DNA of 55,779 nucleotides, counting the filler, from Catajapyx aquilonaris (Eukaryota): NCBI GenBank assembly GCA_000934665.2. It is 3 parts of 3 records of this genome, joined end to end, with 100 filler letters (N's around TTAATTAATTAA, not from the genome) between each part and the next. Parts side by side here need not be neighbours in the genome. Positions count along the whole stretch, not along the records: positions 1 to 18,546 come from JYFJ02006673.1; 2 more parts are not named here. One strand, given 5' to 3'. Below the pieces are notes generated by a model, which worked only from the letters and a program-made list of their open reading frames with translations, searched no databases and had not been told where the DNA came from. The translations under genes and the position numbers were made by a program. Positions 1 to 11,679 of the stretch are shown here, piece after piece; within the stretch, counting starts at the first letter, position 1, and each line of letters starts with the position of its first letter.

Positions 1-249
1 TCATTAATTTTTCGGTTATCATATACTGTATTGTCCTTTATTAGCATATTCAGTTTCATCTGGATCCGTTATTATAGGTCCCCTGTGAGTACTCAGGTTT
101 CCTTATGGCCATGCACAAAATCCTCTAGTTCCTTATAGGTGCACGTGAATGTCTCCTCTTTGCATTATGTATACCAATAGCCGTGAAGGATTATCTACAA
201 AGACATGCTTTTAATTATATCGTTATTGAGGTTACAATATTGATAACTT

Positions 250-860
250 GTTTTATACTTAATCATTCTGCTCTGAATCCTCATTGCTGTATGTATAGCA
301 TTGGTATTGAAGACACTGGGTGGATTTTCTGAAATACTGAAATGCTTAGGGTTTCAATATTTTTCGGCACATGAAGGTACCACACGGTATTCTTTTATTG
401 CGTGTAACTCTGTCCTAACTCGGATAATGTTTCTGGTGGTTATTATAAGCTCGAGTTGTCCGGGTTTGCCAAATTGATGAATGTTATTTTCTCTTCTTTT
501 TAGTCGTAGTCCATAATATTTCAGGGAGTGCGTCGAGGAGAACCCTATTCTCTATGCGCACGGTTTCTCATATTTTACCTGCTGAACCTGTGCTTTTGCA
601 TTGCCTGTATAGAGGTACTTGTTATTGTGCGTCTTGCGTGTGTACGTACTTTCGTCTATTGTCGTCAGAATTGCAATATTCAGTGATGAAAATACGAGTT
701 TTTCAGCACAATGTAATCCTTTCAATGTCTCCCCCACCAGGTAATCTTTGTACAAGTATTCAGCTTTATTCCTTAACAGTGGAATTTATGAGGCAAATTG
801 TTGCCACTAAATCAAGAGATGTATTGTTTCCAAAAGGACCTTTTGTTACGACTTTTATGT
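250..860 (-). mobile_element. Degenerate Penelope-like retroelement RT C-terminal fragment
   Basis: Minus-strand fragments WKQYI and SSLNIAILTTIDESTYTRKTHNNKYLY resemble the Penelope RT motifs WxRYIDD and FLDIxI...VYRKPTHxxxYL. Multiple stops; boundaries approximate. Confidence 0.35.
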
Positions 861-922
861 CGAGTTCTAAATTGCATTGGTCTTAAAGAGTCTTGGTGAA
901 CAGGCGCCGGCTGGCATGGCTT

Positions 923-2478
923 TTACTCTTTAATCCCAGTGGCGTTGGCTGCGCTGCTTGCACGAAGTTCCGCTCCTTTAAACTGTGCCAACACTATGAT
1001 GTAGGTTGTGATTGCTCCTGTAATCTGGACAACGACGAGGTCAGGTAACGAGATGACACTATAACTTCTAAGTATGAAACTCACCGAGGTCAGAAGACGG
1101 CGGCTTATGGCGAAGAAGTTGGCAGCTGTGATCTGGACAGGTGGACCACTCATCGCATGAACCAGGGATAGAACCTGTCATGTGTTGCGATAGAATAATT
1201 GCATTTTCTCAATACTTCTACCGCGACACTCACTGATGATCAAACAATCAGGAACAATGAGTATTTATTTAGCCACTTCCGTAGTACGTCGTATTACAAG
1301 TGATAGACAAAAATTCCAGACAATTCGTTCCTGTTTGCTTGCATCCATTGTCATTATTATGTGCTTCATGATCTGACCTGTTTTTTGCAGGTTGGATTCC
1401 TTACAAAAGGTGTAACCCATATCAGATCCTTCAGAGATGCCGAAGCCTGTAAAGAACACATTCGAATGGGTAAAATTACGTATTATATAGTTGTAAATTT
1501 TTATAGGGAACTCTAGTAACACATTGGCGCACTCACCTCATCGGTAACTTCACTTAGAGCAATGGTAAAGGCGGAGATTGTCATGGCCTTACTGATTGCA
1601 AGACTTATTAGCAGTCCATAATCCAGAGCATTTCCCTCCTTGTAATCCATCAAAATGGCAACGAAGATGTTGGTAGTGATGGACACCAACGAAATGAAGT
1701 ACAGCACAAGGATGGGGTCTCCGTACACTCTATTGACTTTCCCCACCATGTCAAACACAAAGCGAACCTCATTGGACATTCTTGTTATCCTGTACTCGAA
1801 CCCTGACTCGCTCCCCTGCGTCTGAATCTCCTGGCATGCTTTACCTAAATCGCGATTGATGGCTTTCATCATCTGGCAGATGAAGTTGGCCAGGGTGGCA
1901 ATCTGAGCCAGGACCGTGTTGTAGATGAACTCGACGTGCCATGTGAACAGTATGAACACAATGGCGGATGGTCGGGTGAGTTGGTTTATCAAGAGGGCAT
2001 CGACAGTCGTGGATGAAGAGAGGATGCACGGCATGATGAGACACAACACGGCCACTGTCATGGAGCGTCTCCTCATTCTGCGCCAATCCAAATGGACCGG
2101 GAAGGCAGCCATGTCCCGCATGACTTCCCCAGTCCCTCCCAACTTGACCTGCATTATGGCAAGCACCAGCCAAGGCCCGCATCGAGTCATCACGTAGTAG
2201 ATTTTAAGTGTCCCTTCCTCGGTCGACCCCATGTCTGCCAGCCTTTCCAGCTGAGGTGGCAGGTAACATGTTACCACCACGATGTATACCACCACCAGCA
2301 GTAGGTGGATTAGGCCTATCAGACGTGTCCACCACGTTCTGTTGTTGTCCTGAGGACTCAACACTCCGGCTGCCACGCACAGAAAGGACACTGGTCCAAA
2401 AGCAGTGCGGAAGTCGGCAGGCTTCTTGTCAACCCAGCCTACCTTGCCCGTTGATATGACTTGACTAACTTTGGGCAT
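923..2478 (-). CDS. Gustatory receptor (7tm_7 family), about 400 aa, 4 coding exons
   Basis: Exons 2478-1537, 1446-1378, 1174-1085 and 1024-923, joined by three phase-0 GT-AG introns. Multiple TM helices and C-terminal TAANFFAISRRLLTSITGAITTYIIVLAQF, the GR TYhhhhhQF signature. Start ATG at 2478 is inferred. Confidence 0.9.
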
Positions 2479-3562
2479 GTTGCGGCAAATACTGCTCACC
2501 TTGTGTACGCCCACTCACCTGGACTTTGATGCCTATGGTGCAAGTGATATAGCCGTATGCTTGTAGTCATTCATTATTTACTGTATACGACAGTTGCTTT
2601 GTACCGGAGCACATACTTTTTGAATAGAGTAATTTATCTCAGAACGTGGCACAACACTAGTTTTTTTTTGCAAAGTCACGGACATATTGTAAATGCAAAA
2701 TAATAACTATAAGCTCACCGAGCCCACTCAACTTTTCCTTTGTCATCATCGATTTCCGTGCTAGATGTCATTTCTCATATTCTCCGCCGTAAGCTATGAA
2801 TCGCTTGTCAGCGAATTCAACATACACAAGCTTGATTGAAAAATGTGACAGCATTTGCTTTCACTTGCACACCAGGCCTTATAACCTGAAAAATATAATC
2901 AATCCAAGTTGACCTAAATGTGGGAGAACTTGTCGCAAACCTAGATGTAAAATAAAATAATGTATTCTTCGACATCATTAATACTATACTCATATGGTAA
3001 TGGCGATTATCAGAGGATAAAAGACGTTCTGTCCGACGGTTGTGAGTACTACACCCCTTACTTCCATCATTACCCGGAGGACGGTGTAACCTGCTGAGCT
3101 GCACCCTATTAATGTGCATTATTTTATTGTGTGAAATGGGGTTCCTCGCATATGTGTTATGTGTGCGTAAAATGTGGAACAAACAGCTGATCAAGGTGTA
3201 TACACGGACACGTCGACCGTGTTTTACATCAGTGCAGGTTTTGGACCACCATCTGATAGCGTGCTTCCTGATAACCTCCACCGTTGTCGGTGACACAACA
3301 CACCATGAAAATCGTGTGTGTGTGTGTGCTTGTGCTTTGAATGTGAACACCATTGAAGGACACCCCGCAATACATCGCCCCCCTGAGTGACGTGTTTATG
3401 TTTTATAATGCGGCGAGTGCCCTGCAGGTCCCTTTTGAAGAGTTTGGTCAAATATTGACGATTTCATGCACCCGTATAGATTGCCTGTTTGGATGGAGCT
3501 TTCCACCCAATTTCTCTACAGCTGTCACTGAGTCCACATCGTGTTGAAGAAAGACGACCAAG

Positions 3563-3850
3563 ATGTCCAACAGCACCACAACCTCCATCGGCGTCTCAGT
3601 CCACGGACACGTGTGGACTGCCCGCGTGGACAGCGATGCCTTGTTCTCCATGGTTGACACCGGGGTTCTGCAGGGCATTCAACCTAGTACCCTGTGCCCA
3701 CCTATCCAGCCGGATGGACTCGCTGACCTCCCCATTGAGGTGGGTGGAGTCACCTTTACGAAGAAGTTCCTCGTGGTGGACACTTCCCAGCAGCCTGCCG
3801 TCCTCGCCCTGGACTAACTCCTGTGGAAGAAGATTCCGATCCGAGGATAC
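3563..3850 (+). pseudogene. Retrotransposon aspartic protease relic
   Basis: VSVHGHVWTARVDSDALFSMV ... KFLVVDTSQQPAVLALD*LL matches the retropepsin pattern (hhDSGAxxS ... FhVV ... hILGxDFL), with the catalytic DSG changed to DSD and an in-frame TAA. Lies upstream of a PPT and LTR. Confidence 0.6.
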
Positions 3851-4277
3851 CCTTCGGAGCCCCCCTTCTTCCGCTTCCGATGTAATCATGGCGGAAGAGG
3901 AGTAAGAAGACACCTTCTCACCAGAATGCTGTGCGCGCCTCCTGATACAACGGAAACGTCTATCTCCATGACAGTGTGTGGTGACGTATGGAACTACATT
4001 CTTTATCCAGTTTTCAGTCGCACTATTTGACCGACCTTTTTGGAATGTTTCATTTTATTGCGTCAGTGCCTACAGTTCCCCATACTGTTCATCAACCCAC
4101 CTTTTTGAATTGTGAATTGTGAAGCGGCATGAGAACAACTTCGTCGCGGGAGGACACCGTATTTTCGTCTGATTGTTACTGTTATGTTTACTGTGATCGT
4201 GTTAAGTATTTCGGTCAGTTCCATCTTATGCCGTTGTGCCCGGCATACCACTACCGTGGTCTTGAGGGGGAGAGGTA

Positions 4278-4604
4278 TGTGACCGTACCGGTTTTTCATT
4301 CATATGATGACGTTCCTGTTTAGACCACTGCCTGACGTCATCATGCTATTGTATTGCCCCTCCCTCCAACATTTATGACCATCATGCATTGCGGGTTTGG
4401 GACTATATAAGGCAGCTGTTTTAAGTGCTCTAGGCCAGTTCTCCGGGACAATATCCCGGGCCTGATCGAGGCTTTGGCCTCCTCCTTTGATACTACCTTT
4501 ACCCTCTTCTTCTCCTCACCTGTTACTTGGTGAAATAAATGTCTGACCGAACCTTTGCAGTTGTGTACCTTCTTGTGGTCACGACGTGTGCCCTTCGGGT
4601 CACA
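4278..4604 (+). mobile_element. LTR of a Gypsy-type retroelement, flanked by PPT (4264-4275) and PBS (4609-4626)
   Basis: Perfect inverted termini TGTGACC...GGTCACA, internal TATATAA (about 4404) and AATAAA (4534). Purine tract GAGGGGGAGAGG immediately upstream. TGGTGTCAGAAGTGGGAT downstream is complementary to the 3' end of tRNA-Leu. Confidence 0.85.
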
Positions 4605-4865
4605 AATGTGGTGTCAGAAGTGGGATGCTACGTAACAGCATCTCCACTGTTGCCAGACAACTGGTACCCAGTTACCAACCTCCGACAATCCGTAATGGAA
4701 GAGTGGCATGTCGGATTTTCTATTTTCCTATTCGGAATGACGAGCGGTTGGTTGAGTAGTTATACACTCTATTCTGAGTACCTGCACCATTTCCTTCCTG
4801 AGCACCTAACGCTCACCTTCCTACTGAGTAAGAAAAAGCTCATTATTTTCCTTTCCCGAATACCT

Positions 4866-5185
4866 ATTCACTACTACGATTCCCACTATGCAATCGTTGT
4901 CGGCAAGCTGCCTAAGGAATGGGCAGAAAAAATGTAAAGGATTTATTCAGCAAGTATGGAGACATTCAGGGTGTGCGCGTGGACTCTGCAGCAACCTCCC
5001 AGGAGTGTCCCGAATTTATTGTCACCTTCTTGGAGAAAGATAGTGTCCAGAAAGTCATGGCTGATAAGCCCATTTTTGCAGATGGCAATCACAAGTTGAC
5101 TGTGGCGAATCTCTTAGAAGACGACCCGCCCACTGAGGTTGCTGGTGCTGCGGTCATGCCTGAGCCAGCCAGGCTTCGCATATGA
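4866..5185 (+). pseudogene. RRM-domain coding sequence (G3BP/Rasputin-like RRM) with a 1-nt frameshift, inside the retroelement internal region
   Basis: YDSHYAIVVGKLPKEWAEK / NVKDLFSKYGDIQGVRVD...FIVTFLEKDSVQKVMADKPIFADGNHKLTV has the RNP2/RNP1 layout. The frames join if one A is added to the A6 run at 4927-4932. Confidence 0.7.
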
Positions 5186-5649
5186 TGCAACTACCAGCAC
5201 GGTCTCCGTCTCACAGCTCACCATCTGCGACTCCAAAGACACAGTACAAGAAGCTCCAGGAGAAAGGAAAGCTGGTTGCAGAAGCTGTTTCGAAGGACCT
5301 GCAAAAAGGTTCGGAATGTCGCTGGCAAACCTTGGAACAAGGACTCGAAAACCCGAATGAGTAACTGAGGGGCTCCCTTGTTTGTCTACTGGGCGCACTT
5401 GCTTTGTGCGGAGGTGCGTGACCGGATCTTTCCGGCCATATGAAATAGACCCGATTGTATCAATGTTAATTTTGGCACGAATGTACCATAATGTATCACG
5501 TGACTTTCGCCCACACTATCTCCCTCCATCCCAACGAGATAGAATAGGGTAGAGGCCGTAAAGGTCGGACATCCTTGAGGCAAAATGGCGGTCATCGGGC
5601 GGCCATGCCACTTCACGGCAAGACCTAGTATCGCTAACCCTGTTCTCCT

Positions 5650-6545
5650 CTCCTGCCTCCTGGCGGGACTAGGAAGAAAAGGCATCCGGCATTTGTGTGA
5701 GAGACTTGTGTGGTCAGAGAATGCTCCTCTAAAGTATCTCCTGACACGAAAGTTAAGCCAGGATCATCTTGAACTATTTTTTTGCCCGATTCGTAGTCGT
5801 GGAGGGCACAACAACAATCCAACAGCACTGGAGTTTCGCTCCTCATACAGACGGTGCTTGGTGGCTAGAGTTTTACCTCCGTCATCTGGCAACTGCCAAC
5901 TATTAGATGATACAGAACCACTTGTAGTGGATTCCAAGCAGACCAGCAATTTGTGTGCCGAAGACACGCATGAGGCGGCTATGCAAATAAATTTCGATTC
6001 ATTTCAGCACGACTACATTCCAGAGTATGAGCCTATAACTGCCATGGGAAAATATGCCATCACTACATAGCGGGAAATGTGGTTCGTTATCTTATGAAGA
6101 ACTCTAAATGTGTCGAATGTGTCGAAATCATCCAAGATGTGGACAATCTTTGCACTCTGGACAACAGTTTGATCGCTATAAAATATCGAGGAGGTTTAAC
6201 ATATACCAACTCATGATGTCCATCACCTACTTGTTGCTGCAGAAAAGGTTCTGAGAAATGTTTGTGGGTCTCTTCCCAGGAAACACAAAAACCTGTTGTT
6301 AGCATTGCAACTGCAAACTATGAGTTTTGTGAAAAATCACAAACTGTTTAATCAGTATTATCATCTATTTGAAACATGTGCATTTGGACAGGAGACCCAC
6401 TGGGCTAAACTGGTGAAAGAACTGTTACGGCGCTTTTTTGTTCTCAATCAGATTGAGGCACATGTGCAAGCTCTATTCCTTACAGAAAAGGGGACAAGTG
6501 GTACGCCAAATATATACAAAATTGATTTTGTTCCAGGGCCAATAA
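5650..6545 (+). pseudogene. P-element/THAP9-type transposase C-terminal relic
   Basis: KYLLTRKLSQDHLELFFCPIRSRGGHNNNPTALEF, YIAGNVVR, KCVEC, LIAIKYRGGL and terminal KLILFQGQ* are typical P-family transposase motifs. Several frameshifts. Confidence 0.9.
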
Positions 6546-6711
6546 AGTCATCGCAGAGAAAACTATACACCATTTATTTGACCCAGTGACGTTGCCAGGG
6601 GGGAGGGGGGGAGGGGGTCCGAGCCTCCCNNNNCCCCCCCCCCCCCGAAATTTTTCGACTTACACTAGATGAAATGAGTATTTTAACTTTCCAATGCTTC
6701 CATAGAGAAAT

Positions 6712-6936
6712 TACAGGCAAAAATAGGGTCCGCCATCTTTGATTCGCGCGTGTTCTTGCCGTGTAGTTCCATGGCCGCCAAAACCATCGAAGATAGCGGA
6801 CCCTATTTTTGCCTGTATCCTATTAATACCTCGTTGGCGTTCCCCACACTTCAAAATGGCCACCAGCCTTGGCAACTCCCCAAACAGAGAAACGCGGAAA
6901 TCGAATGTTTGCGCCTCTTACTATATATGCTCCCTG
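6712..6936. mobile_element. Right terminus of P-like element (partial palindromic arm ending ...TATGCTCCCTG)
   Basis: Near-identical to the arm and loop of the MITE at 9465-9832; follows the transposase stop codon. Confidence 0.7.
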
Positions 6937-6978
6937 GCCAGACGTCAATCATTTCTCCGGCAACATTAAAACAACTAA

Positions 6979-7270
6979 TAATAATTAATAAATAATTCAT
7001 ACCCCGTTATCAGCCATCGGCTCTTTAGGGGGGAAGTTTGTTTTGTCTGGAACTCTTTGCTTTTCATTTTACTGCGCTCGTTGGGATAGGATAGGGACGG
7101 AAGGAAGCGGCTGTGGCCTATTAATTACGGAAGCAACTCCGAAATTTTCCTGGAAGGACCGTGGGAAACCACAGAAAACCACGGTCAGAGTTGCCGGCCC
7201 CGGGATTCGAACCCAGGACCTCCCGATTAGCAGTCGGACGCCTTATCCACTATGCCAACCTGCTTCGGTT
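6979..7270 (-). mobile_element. tRNA-derived SINE, family A, copy 1
   Basis: Minus-strand head with A box TGGCATAGTGG and B box GGTTCGAATCC, simple-repeat tail, and a 16-bp TSD ACATTAAAACAACTAA (6963-6978 and 7271-7286). Near-identical copy at 34427-34723. Confidence 0.9.
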
Positions 7271-7456
7271 ACATTAAAACAACTAAGTTCTAAGATATAA
7301 CTGACAAGCATTGCAAGCAAAAAGTGTTGTCCTCTCAGGTATATTAGTAAGACTATAGTGTGTGCAAACCTGGAGGACGAAGTGGGTTTTTGAAGTCTCT
7401 CAAACCAGGTGCGCGAATGAAACGAATGGAGTGAAGATGAAGAACACTCGACATCA

Positions 7457-9172
7457 TCACTTTGTGCCTAGTTGAATCCGGCCCATCTTTCTCATAATTT
7501 CGCATGCCAGACAAGCAAGCGACGCGCATTCTCCAAGAAGCAGGATCAGAAATGGAGACATGAGGAGGTTTCCGCCGAATAATTGTCAGTCTCTCAGCCT
7601 CCCACCACTTCGGCTGAGCCACTTTTGCTTCATGGTGACATCGCGATGGTAATGCCCAAAGTTTGTGTAGGCCAAAACGGCTCTGCTGAGAGGCTCTGAG
7701 ATGATGGACCATCTGTTAGCCAGGACTGCCATGGAGACGAAAGGCAGATCAGTTATGACAACATGGAGCTGCTCATCGTCCACGCCGAGTGAATCCCACG
7801 CTTTCATGTCGACCAAACAAGCGTACTTTCCGTTAAGAGCTCTCGGGATGCAATCCTTCAGGAAGGAAGCGGGATCGTCCAACAGGCGGTGCCAATCCAT
7901 CTTGGAGACAATCTCTCTGTGGACCGGGTTGTCTCTCTCCGTTCACACGTTGGTGAAGTACTGACCCTGCCCGCATCCTCCCCATTTGTATCCCTTATCA
8001 ATCAGATCTCTCAGGACGTTGGCATTCCTGTCAGAAGGGGTCAGGATCAGACCAGGCAAATTAGACCAGTAAACCAGGCCGACAATGAGGCAGAAGGATA
8101 AGTAGAGGCAAAAGAACAGTCTCAGCACAGGGTCAAAGTTCATTCCCACTCGTTGACCAAAAAGAGGAGGCAGCACCTTCTTTGTCAGGGTGTCAATCCA
8201 CATCGAGCCGCTTCTGCTACGACAGGTGACCAGTGGTGTCACCAGGGCGATGCAGAAAAACAGGCTGGTCCAGACTGGCCAAGTGAATGACTGGAAAACG
8301 TGCTTCCATGTCACAAAAGCAGGAAGGGACCTGGTGATCATCAGCACCTTATTGAAGAAGTAAGGTTACGTCTTGCTCGAAAATACGATCATTCCATGTA
8401 ACGGGTAGTCCTGCATCATCCAGAGAACATCTGAGTCATCAGTATATGGTCCGAAAAAAACAGTCCTGTAGTTGAAATAATCCTGGAGGAATCCATTGAT
8501 GGAGCCCGCATTTGCCACTTTGAAATTTCTTAGATGCAGGTTTTTAATTGGGCTCCTAAATATTCTTCCCTTCACTGCTGCATAGTTCTGCAGACTGATG
8601 CTGAAGGTCCTATTGTTGCATAAGTGGCAGACCAGCCAGGTGCGAAAGTTCACCTTTCCATTCTCACGCCGTAGCATGTCGATCCCCACCTTGTTCATAT
8701 AGGGCATGAGCCTAGTCTCGTCATAAAATCGCCTTCCATTGATCATAGGAGCGTACTGCACGTGGTAATCTGCTGTGTAGACCTGCCATCCTCTGAAGGC
8801 CATGCGAAACACGAAGGTGGCCGTTGCGAAACTTTCTGTCAGGACAACTCCAAGGTAGGACTGGCCCGACCTCTGCAGCACGGGCGGATCCGGGTCGTAA
8901 CTCTTCATTTGATAGTAATAATCAGTTGACCAGATGACCACAGCCTTGTTCTTGACCAATGCGGGGAATGTGCCCAGTCCTATCTTCTGGAGGGGTTCGG
9001 AATGGAGAATGGCCAAGTTGCAGCCCTGCAGACGGGTGCTCTCAGCCTCGATCCTGGACACTGCTTCGGACAACAGGGCTCCTTCAGTTGTCGATATATT
9101 ATTCACCACAACAACTCCTCTAACTCTCACCATCCAGCAGAGAATGAGAAGAATCTCTAGTACAGAAGTCAT
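7457..9172 (-). pseudogene. Intronless divergent ionotropic receptor (IR), 572 codons in one frame with three internal stops
   Basis: ORFs 8366-9172, 7943-8347, 7586-7900 and a final segment to 7457 are all in the same frame. Signal peptide, FTWPVW (M1), LFGQ pore, YWSNL, DLIDKGYKWG, KYAC and a final TM LLGECASLACLACEI. Stops: TAA 8366-8368, TGA 7943-7945, TGA 7586-7588. Confidence 0.85.
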
Positions 9173-9464
9173 TGTTACAACAGCTTCAGTTCCAGCAAGA
9201 CGAAAACGTACTTGGTGCTTTTAAGAAGCGCCAAGTTCCCAATAGTGCTGGCTTCACACGAACACTTGTTGAGTAATAGTCGGCTGAGTGCTATTGATTT
9301 CGAATAAACGGAAGAAATGGACCGTCGGATTAAGACGCACGTGGAATTGAGATGTTATCTTGCAAGGGACGTAATGTGTTGCAAAATGTGTTTACGTAAA
9401 GCATCATGAAAAGTTCAGGGTCTCTGCTTTGCGTAACAGCGACAAGTTGTCTTTGACATGCAGT

Positions 9465-9832
9465 CAGGTAGCATATACTACGTAAGAGGCGCAAACTTCG
9501 GTCAGCGCCATTGATTTCCGCGTCTCTCTGTTTGGGGCCGTTGCCAAGGCTGGCGGCCATTTTGAAGTGTGGGCAACGCCAACGAGGTATAAATAGGGTA
9601 CAGGCAAAAATAGGGTCCGCCATCTTTGATGGTTTTGGCTGCCATGGCAACTACACGGCAAGAACAACGCGCGAATCAAAGATGGCGGACCCTATTTTTG
9701 CCTGTACCCTATTTATACCTCGTTGGCGTTGCCCACACTTCAAAATGGCCGCCAGCCTTGGCAACGCCCCAAACAGAGAGACGCGGAAATCGAATGTTTG
9801 CGCCTTTTATGTAGTATAATGTATGCTCCCTG
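9465..9832. mobile_element. Palindromic P-element-like MITE
   Basis: Long inverted arms, termini CAGG(T/G)AGCATA...TATGCTCCCTG, and a 7-bp TSD ATGCAGT (9458-9464 and 9833-9839). Confidence 0.85.
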
Positions 9833-9949
9833 ATGCAGTACTTTTAAGATGCAAACAATGAGACACCATGACAAACATTACTGTGGCATTACTAATGAAC
9901 TCGTGGTGATCCTTGTGTGCGCAAGAATGCATGATGAGTAATTTACGAG

Positions 9950-11679
9950 TTACTGACTGTGACGCTCAATTTGAACACATTCGCATGCGAAGTAAAGCAG
10001 TGCTACACATTCACCTACAAGTAACAGGAGAAGTGGAGTCAGGAAGTGGTTCAGTTGAAGCGCCACGGGTTGGCCATCATCACGGTCCATCCTCTTCTCC
10101 TTGAACCACAGTCGCAGCTGCCTTTCTCTTATCCGTTTCATCGCCACTTCATCCGCAAGGGATTGCAGCCCAGAGCTGCAGAAGGCTAAAACAGCCCTGT
10201 TGAGCTGCTCGCAAATGACCGAATGTGAACGGGTTTCAATCCCGATCAGCATCCAGGGGAAATCTGTCGTCACGAAATGCAGTTGTTCCTGATGAAACTC
10301 GTTGGTTGGGTCCAGCAGGTGATCCCAGTCCCTCTTCCGGACGAAGCAGGCGTACTTCTCGTTCAGAGCCCTGGGAATGCACTTTGACAGGAATGATTTT
10401 GCATCCTTGGATTCGTACATGTGGAGCTTGGAGACTATCTCTTGGTGGACTGGGGCCCCAGCACGGATGTAATAGTCGTAGTCTTCAAAGTACGTCTTGT
10501 CCATTGCTCCCCACTTGTAGCCTCGATCTATCAAATCTTGTACCTCATTCACGTTCGTATCGGACTGGTTCACCATGAAGTCGAGCAGCTTGGACACATA
10601 GGCAGTGCAGACAACGAGGCTGAACAAGATGTAGATGCAAAAGAACCAAGTGAGTGCTGGGCTGAAGGACAGTCCAATTCCCTGTCCAAACAGAGGAGGC
10701 AGCACTTTTCTTATCAGCATTTCAATCCAGGATGATTGCTCGACGCACAGGAGGCGAATGTTGTAGCCACGAGTATGCTGAACAAAAGGCACATCCAAAC
10801 AGGCCAAGTGAATAGCTTCAGGAGCAAATTCCACGATGTTGCAGGACACTTTCTCGTGATCATGAGGATCGTGTCTATGATGTAAGGTTGCGTGTATGTT
10901 GACGTAAAGCGGCTGTATGAAAGAATGTGAGCTTGAGTTATGAAATACTTGCTTCCCATTTCGTGACTGGAAACAATCTGGGACTTGTAATTCAAGTATT
11001 TCTGAACAAATTCGTTTATAAAATCTACGTTCTGCACGCTGATTTGACTCTGGTGTAGGATATTTAGGTGTGATTTTGGTCCGTAGTTTTGCTTCACCAC
11101 TGAGTATTTCCCACTGTTTCAAAAGTAACACGATTGCATCAGTCTGAAGTGGAGCTCCCCATTTTGGACCCTGAGTCCATCAATGCCCATCTTGTGTTTC
11201 CAAATGGCCCATTCCCTCTCGATGCATTCTAGAGTGTTTCCTCCAACGATGTGATGAACCACGTAATCGCGGTCCAGTCTTGTGAATCTCCTGGTGCTTA
11301 AAAACCCGAACTGCGCAAAGACACACGCCCCTGGGTTTCTTCCGTACTTCATGACTAGAAAGCACTGTCGTGACCTCTGCAAAACGAAAGATTCGATATC
11401 TTTCCCCTCCCGTTGGTAAAAGGCTGTCGTAATGGCTACGGGAACGTCCACCATCGCAGGCAGTCTGTCCATTCCCTCTCCCTGAATCATGCCGTCTCGG
11501 ACAATGGCCAGTGAGCAACCCGCCAACTGGCTGCTATCCTTTCTCAGCATGAGCACTGCTTCTCCAAACAGACGCCCATTCATTTCTGCGTCTGTCTCAC
11601 TCTTGATTGTCACATATCCTTCTGAAGTGGCTATTTCAGTCGTCAGGAACACTGCAAGGAGCAATTTCGCTTCCATCAT
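9950..11679 (-). pseudogene. Intronless divergent ionotropic receptor (IR), paralog of 7457-9172
   Basis: Aligns with the neighbouring IR (VLQRS, LMITR, FTWPVW, VLPPLFGQ, DLIDRGYKWG, CIPRALNEKYAC, LVGECVALL). In-frame TGA at 11119-11121 and a frameshift near 10750. Confidence 0.85.

Noticed and set aside
4921..4940. Programmed -1 frameshift in the RRM sequence
   Set aside because: The A run is not a correctly phased X-XXY-YYZ heptamer; a deletion or homopolymer error is simpler.
7195..7270. tRNA-Ser(GCT)-like sequence (also about 34650-34723)
   Set aside because: No long variable arm or proper acceptor stem; it is the head of a SINE with body, tail and TSD.
9330..9819. Overlapping ORFs sharing MADPIFACTLFIPRWRCPHFKMAASLGN on both strands (similar cases at 26026-26482 and 44547-44766)
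   Set aside because: Artefacts of palindromic MITEs.
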